Both the position numbers and the translations under genes were made by a program. A DNA stretch of 64,000 nucleotides from the human T2T-CHM13v2.0 reference genome, Homo sapiens: the NCBI RefSeq assembly GCF_009914755.1, contig NC_060932.1; one strand, given 5' to 3'. Positions 28,326-46,564 of this stretch are shown piece after piece. Numbering within the stretch: position 1 is the first letter of the stretch; every line of letters starts with the position of its first letter. The notes under the pieces are model-generated. The model ran no database searches and was not told where the DNA came from. It saw only the letters and a program-made list of their open reading frames with translations.

Positions 28326-29879
28326 GGCAAAGCCGTTGGCTCATTGCCTTCGTTTAAATAGAGCCAGAATAACCGGATTTTGTCTAAAACGGTCATAGAC
28401 ATACACAGTATCTATGTTATAGACATAGAAAAAGTTCTTACATCTCTAGTATCTCAGGCCTCCTAATGTCCCCATATTACAGATAACAGACTTTGATACC
28501 TGCTCCACCTCATGTTGGTAGAGCAGCCAGTATAGCTCAGAAGAGTAAAGACTCTTCTAAACAAGCACACAGTGACAGAAACAGCCCCCAAAGAATAAGA
28601 AGTTGGAGGAAATCAAAACGGGCTTGTTTAGCAATAACTGAAAACTGGACATCATGGGGCCACATCTTTCGTCCCCAACTGGATGGAAACTTTCAAACTG
28701 GCTTCATGATATCTCACTCAGGAATAAAGCTCTCTTCAGGAAGATGCAGAATTCTCTATCCTGTGTTCCGAGGCCTCGTGGGTGCACAGGATGGTCATAC
28801 GGTCGAGAACAAGGTGTGCCCAGAGTCCATTCAGAACACACACTGCGTGGGTTGTTGCTGCCTGCTGGCAGGTGAAGGACCCCCTGGGATGGCCACAGAA
28901 GATGATCTCTCATCTAGTCGCTGGGGTCCACTGGTGCTCATGCTACAGATTCTATCTACATCCCCTGCTCTTGGGCCCAATGCCCTCATCGCCCTTATTG
29001 ATTCTGTGCACCTCCCTTCGCTCTGCATGATTTTTTTCTTCTTTCTTTCTTCAATTTATGCTATTGATATAGTCTATGAGGACACAAAGTATTTTTTTTC
29101 TCTGTAAATGTTCATTTGGATCTTTCTGTCTCTTATCTTTTCAAGAACATTTGCTTCTGAGAGTAACTGACCTCTTGGGGGAGGAGGGTGGTGGTGTTAG
29201 TTGATACAGGTAGCAAGAAATTGACACAAATTTGTGAGCAGAAGAAATAGTGATACTTATAAGTCAAGATGCAAAAACAGTATCTGGCCACAAAGCAAAG
29301 AGGCAATGCACTCATAGACTGGTAGGTCCGAGGAATCTTTTTGCATGCAGCTTTCCATGCATTCATTCACGCTCTACACATCTCCAATTTGACATACAAA
29401 TGTTTGTTGCAACTATATCCACTCATAGGAGAGAGGCACAGAGCTTGCTGCCCTTAGTAGTTTTTAGTATTAGAAAGAAAACAATGTCACTTTTCTATTT
29501 AGCCTCCTACTAGATATGTGACCCTGAGAAAGTAGTTTAATTGCAGTCTCTTTATTTCTTTTAGGAGGTTAAACTTTCTCAATTCCCAAAGTCCTGGGTA
29601 AATTTAATAAGGAACATCTTTATGCCCTCCTCAAAATAACTAAGGAAAATCTTACCAACAGTTACAAATTGTTATGTTTTGTTCTGTTTTCATTTTTGTT
29701 TTTTCTTGGAGAAAAATCTTATCTCAAATGGAATCCTTCCGTGGAAAGTGAATTTGAAGAAAATGTGTGCCACTTATTTATGTAACAAAAATAATTGTAT
29801 CAATTAGATAATTTCAGATTGGAGGGCTCCTTTGATATTTACAGTAGCTTAGTGCTACCACTACAAATACTTCACTTAC

Positions 29880-30050
29880 ACTCATGGGGTGCTTAGCTTA
29901 TATGAAGTGCTTACCTAAATGTCTTACATTTGTAACATACTAGATTCTTACAATATCCCTGTCATATACGTCCTAATGCTGTCACTATTTCACAGATGTG
30001 GAAACTTAGGCCCGCAGAGAATAAACAATTTCACGTGAGTTTGAAATGGC
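29880..30050. mobile_element. MIR remnant
   Basis: Core-like 'atttcacagatgtggaaacttaggcccgcagagaataaacaattt'. Confidence 0.6.
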
Positions 30051-30053
30051 TTA

Positions 30054-30106
30054 TAAATAAGTAAATAAATAAATGCATACATACATGCATACATACATAC
30101 ATAATA
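30054..30106. repeat. (TAAA)n/(TACA)n compound microsatellite
   Basis: Seen directly. Confidence 0.85.
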
Positions 30107-31043
30107 AAATCTTATCAAAGAGAAAGATACAAGAGTAAACGCTTTATCAAAAGGCTGCCACTAAGAGACAGGGCATCTCATTCTATGCTCAAGTTACCTA
30201 TGAATCAATTACATGTAATTTACTAGACAGCGTTTTTATCCTATATATCTCAGCTTTCTATGGTAAAGCATGATATAATAAGTATTTTGAAGCCGTTGCA
30301 AAGATCAAGTGAGATTCTGAAAAAGAAATAATAACGGTCTTCCTTCTATCTAAAAATATCCTCTTTCTGCAAATTATTAGTATCCTCAGTCTTATATATT
30401 TTCCACACACATTGAAGCAACTGAATTTCATTTATAGCCCGCACTAATGTACACGTTTCAAAGTAAAGCTATTAATTTCTTCTGCTACTGTTGTATCGCT
30501 ATATTATTTATTGTATAAAACCAACTAGTTGGCATTGGGAATATAAAATGTTTAAAATCTAGAGACTATAGAGGAGAGAAATATTCATTCATATATTAAA
30601 CTACTTGAAATGAGAGGAGTATTATAGGTCAATTATTAAAATGTTCATTATATGGAGCCAGTGAAGGCAGTAGGTAAGGAATCTATAATTTGATAAAGAT
30701 AAACCAGGCACCGGTAATAAAATCTACAGAAGATAAAAAGAAAACATGAAAGCCAACTAAATAGTGAAGAAAATGACAAATGAGACAGATGTAACGCTGC
30801 AATTACTAGCTTGATTTTTATTCGATTGTGACTAGATTTTCTGGTAAATAAATCTAACGATAACTTAAATAAGCTTATGGAAACTATTCATTGAAATTGG
30901 TATTTTAGACTTTAAAAAATAGTTAACAGAAATAGCAATCTGTGGCATGATTAATCAAACATGTACACACTCTTTATGCTAAGAGAATGGAGCACTTGTG
31001 ACCATGATTTATAAGGCACGCCAGTTTCCTAGATGTTCTGTGA

Positions 31044-31692
<649 letters not shown>

Positions 31693-34679
31693 AAGCTCAT
31701 GTTTAAGGATACCTTTACTCAATGGATTCTGCTCAAAAGATACATCTTTTATCATTCCTAAGATGAAAGAGCTGTAAATGGATTCAAGAAATCACAATTA
31801 TAATCTTTTAAAGAGTTTTTTATTTTTCTTTTCCTATTAGGATTTATAGAATCTTCGAATTCCAAAGATTATTAAATATAAATCACACAGATAAGAATAG
31901 GAGACACTGAAAATTATTAATATTTATAAACAGTGTGTATTTTATAGCTCTTATTACATAGACATAAGAATGTAGTCATAATAGGTTCATTACAGATGTT
32001 TATTGACTAGGAGGCCATTGGAAAAATACATACTGAATCCCAATTATATGGTGTGAAATCTGTGAGATTTTGTTCATACTAATGAATCTGTCTATTCCTC
32101 ATCACCTCAGCACATCGCTTCATAGACATGGTGTATGTGTTCTCCAAACCCAGAGGGTCTAGCAAAGAATATTCTCCTTTCTCCAAGGCCAGGTACTGCA
32201 GGAACATATGAAGTATGGAAAGCTTCCAGCTTCCCAATGAGAAACAAGTGGAATGTGAAAGAATCCTAATTATTTTATATAAAATATCATGATTTTACAA
32301 TGTTTTATAATGGCTACTTTATTGTTAGTAATGAATCAACGATATACTGTTTCCAAGGCTTTATTAGCATACAAATTCTGTTGGCATAGCAATATTGGTA
32401 GCAGAGTAAAAATTCCAGGAAGCTTGCAGTGGAGACATGCTTGTGGACCAAGTTAATGGAGACGTTCTTCATGGATAAGAAGTTTGGGCAGGGCCTTGAT
32501 GATTGATAAGTGAGGGGGTCCCCTTGAGGAAAGAATGAAAGCTGTGGGTCTACCAAGGGTAAAGTCAGAAAGGAGGGTCACAGGCATTGCTGTGACCACA
32601 CCGGGCTGCCCTTGGCACTTGGTGCACAGAAAGTTTTGTTTTGTTTTTAAAAATCAATTCTAGGGAGAACAGAACTGCTATAAAAAGACTTGGATTGCTT
32701 ACACTCCTTAATTATTTCATTTGACCATTTGAGTTTGCTTGGGTCTTTTGTCTCCATGCATTGGTTCTTCCTGCAAGACAGGCTTGAGAGATGGCTGTTA
32801 CGCAGATGTGCCCTCTGCTATTCCAGGCAAGAAGACTTCGGGTTGGAAGTGACCACTGGGAAGCTTTAGTAATGCTGGACTCAATTATTTCAAATAGCCT
32901 TTTACTCTCAGTGTGAAGAAATGCATCCAACACATCTTCAATATATAGTATTACTCTTCAGTTTCAATCTGAGTTTTGATAAAAATGTCAGTTTGGATTG
33001 TCCAAGCTCCTACTTCAAAATTTGAGCACACACCGTGGTTAGCCCAGGGCCTTAGGTGTAGCTGGGTTTCAGGAAATGTTTGTTGATTGCCATAATGAAT
33101 AATTAAGAGGTGAGAATAACTCAAGTTCACCTATCTCAATAAGTTCTCATAATCCACTACCCCCTATCTGCTGTCCCAGGACATCTTTCTCCCTTTAATT
33201 CCTAGCATTTATCAATAGAGTCATAGAGTGTGCCCCACATCATCAACATATTTATTCCCTTAATCTCGTGCTAAAACTTGATTTTTCATATTTTCTGCTA
33301 AATTGTACACTTTTGGCACTCCCCAAATGAAGATTCTGTTTCTTGATTCCATTTCCTCTACTGCCCCTGCAGGCAGTGGATTGGACTCTATTCATGACTT
33401 TCATATTGAGGGCTGTGAATGAGTCATTTTAGCTACCTCTATTAATCATCATTGTTCTTCCCTCATCCCTGTTTTCCCAAGTCCCCACCCGCCCTATAGT
33501 CTAATGAGGTGGCTTTGAGGATCAACTTTCGTCATACATGAAAGTGTTTTGTGAAAATTATAGCCACATTAAGATAATAAGACATAATTTATGTTGCAAC
33601 TCTAAATATAAAATGATTTACCAATACACATTATTATTGCTGACACAAGTGGAATTGGTCTTTAACCAATTACAAAACAATCTTCCTGGGGTAGGTTATC
33701 GATTGAAGATGGCTTCATGGTGGAGGAAGCACGTGGAAATGAGTGTGGATTTGGTTGCGAAAGACAGAAGTGTACTTCACACCCAGAGAATGACACGAAT
33801 GAGTGTGGCAGACATGGCATTGAACAGCTAATATGCAAAGATGGCCCAGAGTTGGAAAGATGATGCTCTGTTTACAGAAAGATTTGTGTGGGAGATAAGC
33901 AGTTTGGAATTCTTGTGTAGGCAACCAGGAGCCATGGGGATGTTTGAAAGATAAATGTGACGATAAAACCTGTGTTTAAACAAAATAATTGTCAGAAATA
34001 CATAGAAGGCCTTTGAATGGGGAAAAAAGGGACACAGGAAAATATGTAGGAAGAAATTACTGAAGTGTGAAATTTCCAGCTGTAGAGGAAGAAAAAGCAG
34101 CAGAGGGCATAGCACTGTGACCACATCTGGCTGCCTCAACACTTGGTCCACATACATCTTTGTTTTGTTTTAAAAATCAGTTGTCATTATTTCAATATTA
34201 GGATATTTTACTTAAAACTTGCATTTCCAGATTCCTTAATTAATAACAACAACAACAAAAATTTAAAGGTGGTGACGGAGGATGCAGGGTGTGTGAATGT
34301 AGTCTCATTTCCTCATGAGAATAACCAGGTGTGTACGTGATTTCCAGTTTTCCCAAGTCTCCACCCTGCCCTATGGTCTCTGAGCCCTGCAGCTATGTGT
34401 CAGTCAGCCTTCCCTAGATCTCTTCTGCTGTTCCCAGCCCACTAAAGCATATCTATCTCACCATAAGCATTTATATTACAATGTATTGCTTAAAAGCCCT
34501 TTGATTATTGTCATAGAATTGGAAACACTGAGTTACCTATGAGTTATGAGAAAGCGGGAGAGAGAAGTGATGATTCTGGTATCTTGATGAATGTGAAGAA
34601 TATGGTGCCATTAACTCATGATACATAACAATGCTGGCAGGCAGATTTAGGAGAAAAACCCTGAACTGGGCTTAGATGG

Positions 34680-34940
34680 TGTATTGTGGTGGAAGCGGAC
34701 ATAAACACATCCTTATTCACATGGCAGCAGGGAGAAGAAGAATGAGCAAAGGAGTGGGGAAGAGCCCAGTATAAAACCATCTGCTCCCTTCAGAACTCAC
34801 TCACTATCATGAGAACAGCATGGCGGTAACTGCCCCTATGATTCAATCACCACCCACCAGGTCCCTCCCTCAACATGTGGGGATTATGGGAACTACAGTT
34901 CAAGATGAGATTTGGGTGGGGACACAGCCAAACCATATCA
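34680..34940 (-). mobile_element. THE1 solo LTR, partial or internally deleted
   Basis: Ends 'gagatttgggtggggacacagccaaaccatatca'; starts 'tgtatt' but lacks roughly 110-120 bp present in the copy at 5959. Confidence 0.85.
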
Positions 34941-37440
34941 GTGTGTGAATCCATACAGACATGTATCTTTTGAAAAATTGGAGATTCTGCCTTGAAACTC
35001 AGAAAAGCCCTCAGTCAATGATTATTAAGTTTTCGGAATGATGAGTTGATCCTGAGAGCCCATAAAGCAAGGAAAGAAGAGGTCTGAGGATAGAGCATAA
35101 AGTGATCCATGGGAGAAATAGATGTGCACAGAGCATATTTACAAGAGACTCCTTAGGAAAATCAATTACTTGATCATCAAATCTAATGCACACGAGATAT
35201 CTTACTTTGTTAGGGTTAATATTCTCTTCTTCTATTCTTATGTAAATGATATTAACTACGAATTTAGCACTTGTGTTCACGGAGGGGAAAATCATTTTAT
35301 TTAATTATTTTTTCTTGTCTTTCACATTTTAAGGAGGAATCAGTTTGCTTTGAATAGAGTTTCAATTATTTGGCTTTAAGAGAAACGTACAGAATATTGC
35401 TAGCCTTGAAAATATTTCCCAGTACACTGTATTTGTATTTTCCCAGGTTCCTTTGTAGGTGCTGTCTCACTGTAGACGAGGCAAGAGCAGAAGCAAACTA
35501 GCTGTAGAAAAAACAGTTAAGGGAGGGAATCTTAGGGGCAGTGCTTCCCTAAGTGGGGTAGAAAAGAAATAATTAACTTAGGGATAAACAGGTTTAAAGA
35601 AGACTCTGATACCATCTTTCAAAAGCTCTTTTCTGAATTATACAAAAATGTAAACATAAATTTATTTTAAAATATCATAAATCATTTGAAAAATGTAGAA
35701 GAGATTTTGAGGTTTGGGGAGCCCTATAATCCTTACCGTTGTTCAGTAACTATTGCTGTCCATTTTGAGTAGTATTCTTTCCTGTCTTTGGCCAAATTTA
35801 GTGCTTTTCACACGGCCTGAAGGATATGACATCTTCATTGTCCCGAGAAACTTGGGACAAGATAGCTTCGTATGTGACTGACCCCCCGCCTTTTTTTTCT
35901 TCTTCAAAAATTCACATCTCATGTATGCCCCAAACTATAAAAGCCTGAGAAGGATGTGCCCTTCTTTTGTCCTCCTTGATTTTAATTCTCCTATTTTTTT
36001 TTTCCCAAAGGGAGAAAAGAGTTATCTGAAAAAGCATTTGGCTTAATTCAAAAAATCTTGGGACCTAGAGAGACAGATTTTCTAATAATCTTTATAAAAT
36101 TGGGGGAGTTATTTAAATTAGACAGGGTTTCCTTTACACACATTTTAACTAAGGAGGCAAATAAAGCCTACTTTGCCTTCTTCAAAGAGTGTTGTGAAGG
36201 TGCACTGACACACTACACTTTAAAAATTATTGAACATTAAAATGATATTTGATTTCCATAAGCAGAACTTGCTGGAGGCTTTCTCACCCAATGAGTGACT
36301 TTTTTTTTTTTGCCATTTATGGCCTAGGGACGTTTTAATTCCCTGCTAGAAAATAACATCACTACTATCAAACCTACTCAAATCTAAAAAGATGGAGGCG
36401 CTTGCTTTATAAATCTTTCCAAGGTTCACAACATGAAATAATTTAGGTGAGACTAAACCACATCTTTTTTGTTCTAATATCTTGTTAAAACAACTGTGAG
36501 AAATGATACATACTTTTATAGAGTGTTTTGAATAAACAGTCTCAACTAGATAATGCAATTACAATGCTCAAAATATGAATTTGTTTATGAATTTTGCTAT
36601 TTATGGGGACAAAAATTTCATTCTCTAGTTACTTCAATAAGAAGAAATGCTGTCTGTGTAAACTTAGAGTTGCTAGTAAGACACTGTGCAGATAAAAATG
36701 GTTTATAAATGTTTAATGCCAACTGCAGAATGTTTTATACCTCATTAACCTTTAGCATGTTTACTTGCGGCATTCTTTAATTCAAGATTCACTTATTTTA
36801 ATATGAAAAACAAGCTACTCTAATTTTTTCACATAGATATTGTATTCCTCTTTGAGAAATAGTTATTATCTAAATGCAAAGTTAAGGCAATTATTTTAGT
36901 GTTTTATATTTAGCTTTTTATTTATGGTCATATGTAGCTGGGACTATAGGCTTTAGCTGATATGTAGTTCATTGAGAAACATAGTTTTGAACTTAGATAT
37001 TAATCGTAAAATCTTAAGATAAATTAAGTTCCAAGATATTTGGAGACATAGACACTACAGTTAATTTTATGCATATATAATTTAGTATTTATTAACTTAT
37101 TTATTCATATGAATATACATAAATACTTATATAGTATGTACACATATGTATTTGCTTATATAAAGATATATCTCCAAAGTATTAGCATAAACATTAGCAT
37201 AATAAAGGAAAATTCAATGAGAATAGCTGTACAAATAGTATGTTTACTACCAGTACAATTTGTCCCAGGTAATACACATCATGTATGGTCATTTTTACAG
37301 TTATAGAGAGGCACTTTTATGCCTACAAAATGTTTCAGGTAAAATTTCTAAGTTATTCACCACAAGATAAAACATTAAACCTTCCAAAAAAGATTTCCCA
37401 AAGAATATAATTACTACAGTAAAAAAAAGATTACTGAATA

Positions 37441-37727
37441 CAATTGTCCCTTGGTATTTGTGGGGAATTTGTTCCAGAAGGCCCACTGGTTCAGAAACCA
37501 CAAACTATGAAATCTCAAGTCCCACAGTTGGCCCTGCAGAATCAATGGATATGAAAAGTTGGCCCTGCATATCTTCACACTTCGTATCCCACAAATACTG
37601 TATTTTTTATCCATAATCGGTCATGGATGTGGAAACCACAGATAAAAAGTGCCAAATGTATTCATTGAGAAACATCCATGTATATGTGGACTTGTACATT
37701 TTATTCATGTTGTTCAAGGATCACCTG
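37441..37727. mobile_element. TcMar-Tigger MITE (MER2B-like)
   Basis: TA-flanked termini 'caattgtcccttg' and 'caaggatcacctg' form imperfect TIRs; internal 'ggatgtggaaaccacagata'. Confidence 0.7.
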
Positions 37728-37764
37728 TACATTATTGCTAAAGGTATCTAGAGATAGGATAACA

Positions 37765-40800
<3,036 letters not shown>

Positions 40801-40837
40801 ATAATTACATTAACATTGCTAAACACAGCCAGTACAA

Positions 40838-40880
40838 ATCTATCTACCTATCTGCCTATCTATCTATCCTTCTATCTATT
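40838..40880. repeat. Degenerate (CTAT)n repeat
   Basis: Seen directly. Confidence 0.75.
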
Positions 40881-40939
40881 TACATTTTATATATCAAATT
40901 ATACAGCCAAAAACATAGGTATCACTGACTGTAGATTCC

Positions 40940-41120
40940 AGTAGATCCCATACATGTCCACATGTCAGAATCCCAGAGGAAGCTCATTCTAAATATAGAA
41001 TCCTGAATATCTTGTATCTGACATTTTGATTCAATAGATATAGAGTTGTTCCTGAAAATCTGTATTTTTTAAAGCTCTTTCATTTTTTTTGACGCAAAGC
41101 TGAGTAGGGAAACTACTGGG
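40940..41120. mobile_element. hAT MER5-like remnant
   Basis: 'gattcaatagatagagttgttcctgaaaatctgtattttttaaagctc...gaaactactg'. Confidence 0.55.
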
Positions 41121-42055
41121 TTAAACTATTGACATGTGATAAAATAAAATAAAAATGTCCACCTACTATAGCAGCTTCTATTTTTGTGAAACACCACTAG
41201 TTCTTCCTTTACCTGGGAGCAAACACCCCGTGAGCTCAGGACTATCTTCAGGAGGTAAACATGTATTAGCTATGTTGTTGTTCTTCAAGATGCTTATCAT
41301 CTAACTGTAAAAACATCCCAAGAATAATGCTTTCACATGTCTTTCCCACTCTCCTTCTCATTCCTTTCTACACAAGAAACATCCGTTCCTGCTGCAATGC
41401 ACAGCCTCAATATCACCTCCTTGAGGACATGTTCCTTCACATTCCAGGGGAGGTAGGTCTGTCCTAACTCTAAATGAACAACAGAAGACTGGAGGTCCTC
41501 CAGGCCTGGGGATTACCAAGAGGTTGAAAGCAATCTGTACTAGATACCAACTCCAGCTGTCTCACCTTGAAGGGGGCTTAGTCTGAAGATGCACGTGATT
41601 CACGTGACTTCTGGGAAGCTGCAGGAGCAGCATTGAGAAGGCTAAGAAATTAAGGGTGCTCTTGAATCAGCAGTAGCTGTCTGTCTGGAGTAGGGTTGGC
41701 CCCGAGTTTCTCCTGAGGCCTGAGGCCACTGTCTCCTCTGAACACAAGCAGCTCACCCCCAACCCTCCCTCTATGGCAAATGAGTCTGACTAGCACCTGG
41801 AGACTCTATTCTTGCTTTGAATATGAATGAAAGCTTTTACCTTTTCAGAATCTTCAATGAGTGATCAGAGTAGCATTTCCATAGGTGGTATATGATTCCT
41901 ACAACATCCAGAGGAGCCACCAGCATGGTTAACCTCTTTCATGCTGATAACAAAACAAGGTTCAGCAAAATTGTTCTTCTTTTGTCCAATATGCATGAGA
42001 TTACCACACAGTCACAAAGGTTACTAGAGTGGTAAGTCTCTATTTTATAAAATGA

Positions 42056-42391
<336 letters not shown>

Positions 42392-42921
42392 TAATTCCTT
42401 CATCTCAGGCCTTGAATTCTTTTACATTTACTCTTCTTTTCTTAGTACTTCAAGTACATAAGACCAAATATTTTTCTCTTGGTGCTACTGTTGCTCTGTC
42501 CCTTCGGTTCTGAAATATAGTTTCTCCTTTGTGTATTATTCTATATATCCAATAACATTCCAGATAGATTTTCCATTATACCCAAGTGCTATGTCAGGAA
42601 AACATTTTAAACTCCCAGGAAAGAGCACCATTTAATTTTATGATCATTTTAATACTTCAGCATATTGAATTGTAATGAAAGAATCCATCCATGTCTCTTG
42701 CTACCTTGAGAATATATTGCTTACTTTGCAGTTTGATGTACAGTTAGTTTGTCTTAAAAGGTAATTAGAACTTTGAAAGATGGTGTCTTTTCTGATCTTG
42801 GAGTGCTCATGTATAAAAATATAATTAATAGGGTACTAATTTACCAGATTACTTCTATTCTTTAGTGGTTTTTGTTTTTGTTTTTGTTTTCCTGCCTGAG
42901 GGCTATAATAAACTTAGTCAG

Positions 42922-43030
42922 TACTTGAGCTGGCAAACGATTTCTCTGCAGGACCAGAGAGTAAATATGTACAGTTTTGTGGGCCATGCAGCCGCCACTG
43001 CAACTGTTCAACTCAGTCTGTGGATTGAAA
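42922..43030. mobile_element. MER58-like hAT fragment
   Basis: 'ggcaaacgatttctctgcaggaccagagagtaaatat...tttgtgggcca...gcaactgttcaactc'. Confidence 0.55.
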
Positions 43031-43120
43031 AAGACCATCTAGAAAAAACCCACAGTGGGATTCCAACAGGGCTTTTTTTTTCTTTTCTCTTTTCTTTTTT
43101 TTTTTTTTCCCCCAAAATGA

Positions 43121-43519
<399 letters not shown>

Positions 43520-44145
43520 TAGTTCCTTTGTTTTTGCCTTATGACAATTAATTCTATGCTGTTTGGTACTTAGCTGTCTAACAATGTGAAAATTTTATTG
43601 CAATGTGGATTGTTGACTTTTTCACTAAGTGCAGTTCCTAGCCCTGTTTAGTGTTCTTTCTCCTGAATTCAACCTTTAATCATATTAAAATTGTGGTTCT
43701 GTTTTTCGTTTGTATTTGGTGGGTCTGCATTTTTCTTGTTTATTTTCAACACTCATGAATCACTTTTCAGAAACATCTCCTTTATTAAGTGGATGGATGA
43801 ATATTAGTTAGGGATTCATCAAGTAAATAGACGCATTTTATGAACTCTTTTTTTCCAGATTGGACGCATATCGTTGGTGTTAACTTCGTGATACTTTCCT
43901 GAGTTTACTTTTTTCACATTTCTTTTAGAATTTTTCATTGTATGATTCATGTTATTTTAAGTTTTACTATTAGTTTTAGTTTCTGTTTCTTTGTTCTAAT
44001 TACAGAACATTTATTTTGTTATAATTATTTCTATAGTGATAATTTTCTGTCATATTAATTCTTTATTTTCCCACACGATATCTATGGATTCATGTTGTGA
44101 GTAGTGGGGACATTCATTTATTTCTATGTTTTTCCCTCTGCCTTC

Positions 44146-44551
44146 TTTCACGCGCGTTGGTGTAAAGAGACCACTAAACAGGCTTTGTGTGAGCAACAAG
44201 GCTGTTTATTTCACCTGGGTGAAGGCGGGCTGAGTCCGAAAAGAGAGTCAGCAAAGGGAGATAGAGGTGGGGCTGTTTTATACGATGTGGGTAAGTAAAG
44301 GAAAAAGAGGGATTGTTCTCTGGCAGGCAGGAATGCGGGGGTCATGAGGTGCTCAGCAGGGGAGCTTTTGAGCCAGGATGGGCCAGGAGAAGAAATTTCA
44401 CAAGATAATGTCATCAGTTAAGGCAGGAACAGGCCATTTTCACTTCTTTTGTGGTGGAATGTCATCAGTTAAGGCAGGAACTGGCCATCTGGATGTGTAC
44501 GTGCAGGTCACAGGGGATATGATGGCTTAGCTTGGACTCAGAGGCCTGACA
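44146..44551 (-). promoter_or_regulatory. HERV-H 3' LTR (LTR7), 406 bp
   Basis: Minus strand starts TGTCAGGCCTCTGAG and ends GTGAAA; two U3 repeat copies, TATAAAA at 44276-44282, AATAAA at 44205-44210; PPT aagaagacaggaa at 44552-44564. Confidence 0.95.
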
Positions 44552-46564
44552 TTCCTGTCTTCTTATATTAATAAGAAAAATAAAATGAAATAGTGGTAAA
44601 GTGTTGGGACGGCGAAAATTTTTGGGGGTGGTATGGAGAGATAATGGGTGATGTTTCTCAGGGCTGCTTCGAGCAGGATTAGGGGTGGCGTGGGAACCTA
44701 GAGTGGGAAGGATTAAGCTGAAGGAAGATTTTGTGGTAAGGGGTGATATTGTGGAGTTTTTAGAAGAAACATTTGTCATGTAGAATTATTAGTGGTGGCC
44801 TGGATATATTTTTGTATGAATTGAAAAACTAAATGGAATAAAAGAAGGAGAAAAACAGGTATTAAAGATCTAAGAATTGGGAGGACCAGGACATCTAATT
44901 AGAGAGTGCCTAAGGAGGTTCAGCATAGTCTTGCCAGCAGAGGTTTATTTACTTTAAGAGTTAAGAGTGGAGGTTTGGGGATAGCACCAGGAGATATCAG
45001 CTGTGATGGCTTGGAGAAACAGTGTAAACCGGCAGTGTAATCAAGAGCAGGGCATGTGTGAGTAGTTGAGAATGGTGACTAGGAGTATGACTAGAGAGAA
45101 GATAGTAGGGATGACAAGTTTTCTGGGGCATAGTCGAAGTTGGTCTGGTGTCTGGAATGAGACTGGGGCCTAATAAAAAGGAGCGTCCATACAGGAGCTT
45201 AAATGGGCTGTACCCTGTAACGTTCTGAGGACAGGCCTGAATTCTGAGAAGGGAAAGTGGTAAAAGTATTGTCCAGTCCTTTTTAAGTTGGTGGCTGAGC
45301 TTGGTGAGGTGTGTTTTTAAAAGACCTTTAGTCCGTTCTACTTTTCCTGAAGACTGAGTACCGTAAGGGATATAAAGGTTTCACTGGATACTAAGAGCCT
45401 GAAAAACTGCTTGGCTGACTTGACTAATAAAGGCCGGTCTGTTATCAGACTGTATAGAGGTGGGAAGGCTAAACAGAGGAATTATATCTGACAGAAGGGA
45501 AGAAATGACTGTGGTGGCCTTCTCCGACCTTGCAGGAAAGGCTTTTGCTTATCCAGTGAAAGTGTCTACTTAGACTAAGAGGTATTTTTGTTTTCTGACT
45601 TGGGGCACGTTGAGTAAAGCTAATTTGCCAGTCCTGGGTGGGGGCAAATCTCCGAGCTTGATGTGTAAGGAAGGGAGGGGGCCTGAAGAATCCCTGAGGA
45701 GTAGTAGAATAGCAGATGGAACACTGAGAAGTTATCTCCTTGAGGATAGATTTCCACGATGGGAAGGAAATGAGAGGTTCTAAGAGGCGGGCTAGTGGCT
45801 TATATTATAGCATAGCCTGCCTTTGCTGGTGTGTGGCGATTAGGCCTGGTGGAACTGCCATCAATAAACCAAGTGTGTTCAGAGTGAGGAACAGGAAAGA
45901 AGGAAATACGGGGAAATGGGATGAATGCCAGGTGGATCAGAGAGATACAGTCATGGGGGTCAGATGTATCAGGAATAATGTGGGAGGCTGGATTGAAGTC
46001 CGGGCCAGGAACAATGGTAACTGTGGGAGACTTAACAAAGAGTGAGTACAGCTGAAGGAGCCGGGGAGCAGAAAGTATATGTGTCAGGTGTTAGGAAGAA
46101 AATAGATTTTGGAAGTTAGAACCGTAGAGAGTGAGTTGAGCACAGTTTGTGATTTTAAGGGCCTCTAAAGTATTAGGGCAGCAGCAGCTGCTGCACGGAG
46201 ACATGATGGCTGGCCTAAAACAGTAAGGTCAAGTTGTATGGACAAAAAGGCTACAGGACACAATCCCGGTCCTTGTGTAAGAATTCCCACTGCACAACCT
46301 GCACTTTGGCTGTGGGTAATGAAAAAGGTTGGGATGAGTCAGAGAGAGCTAGGTTGGGGGCAGTTTCTAAATCTGTCTTCAAGGAATGGAAACAGAAGTG
46401 GGGAAAGGATTTAGGGTCTATGGGGTCAGCTAGGTTTCTTTTTGTGAGTTTAAATAACGGTTTTGTTAGGATGGCAAAACCAGGTATCTAAAGTCGAAAG
46501 TATCTAACCATGCCTAGGAAAGAAAGGAGTTGTTGTTTTGTAGAAGGTGTTGGGGTTTGAGAGA

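Noticed and set aside
28493-29107. 204-aa ORF, the longest in the track
   Set aside because: TTG start, no recognisable domain, low-complexity end and overlapping ORFs in several frames, as expected from a locally GC-richer patch.
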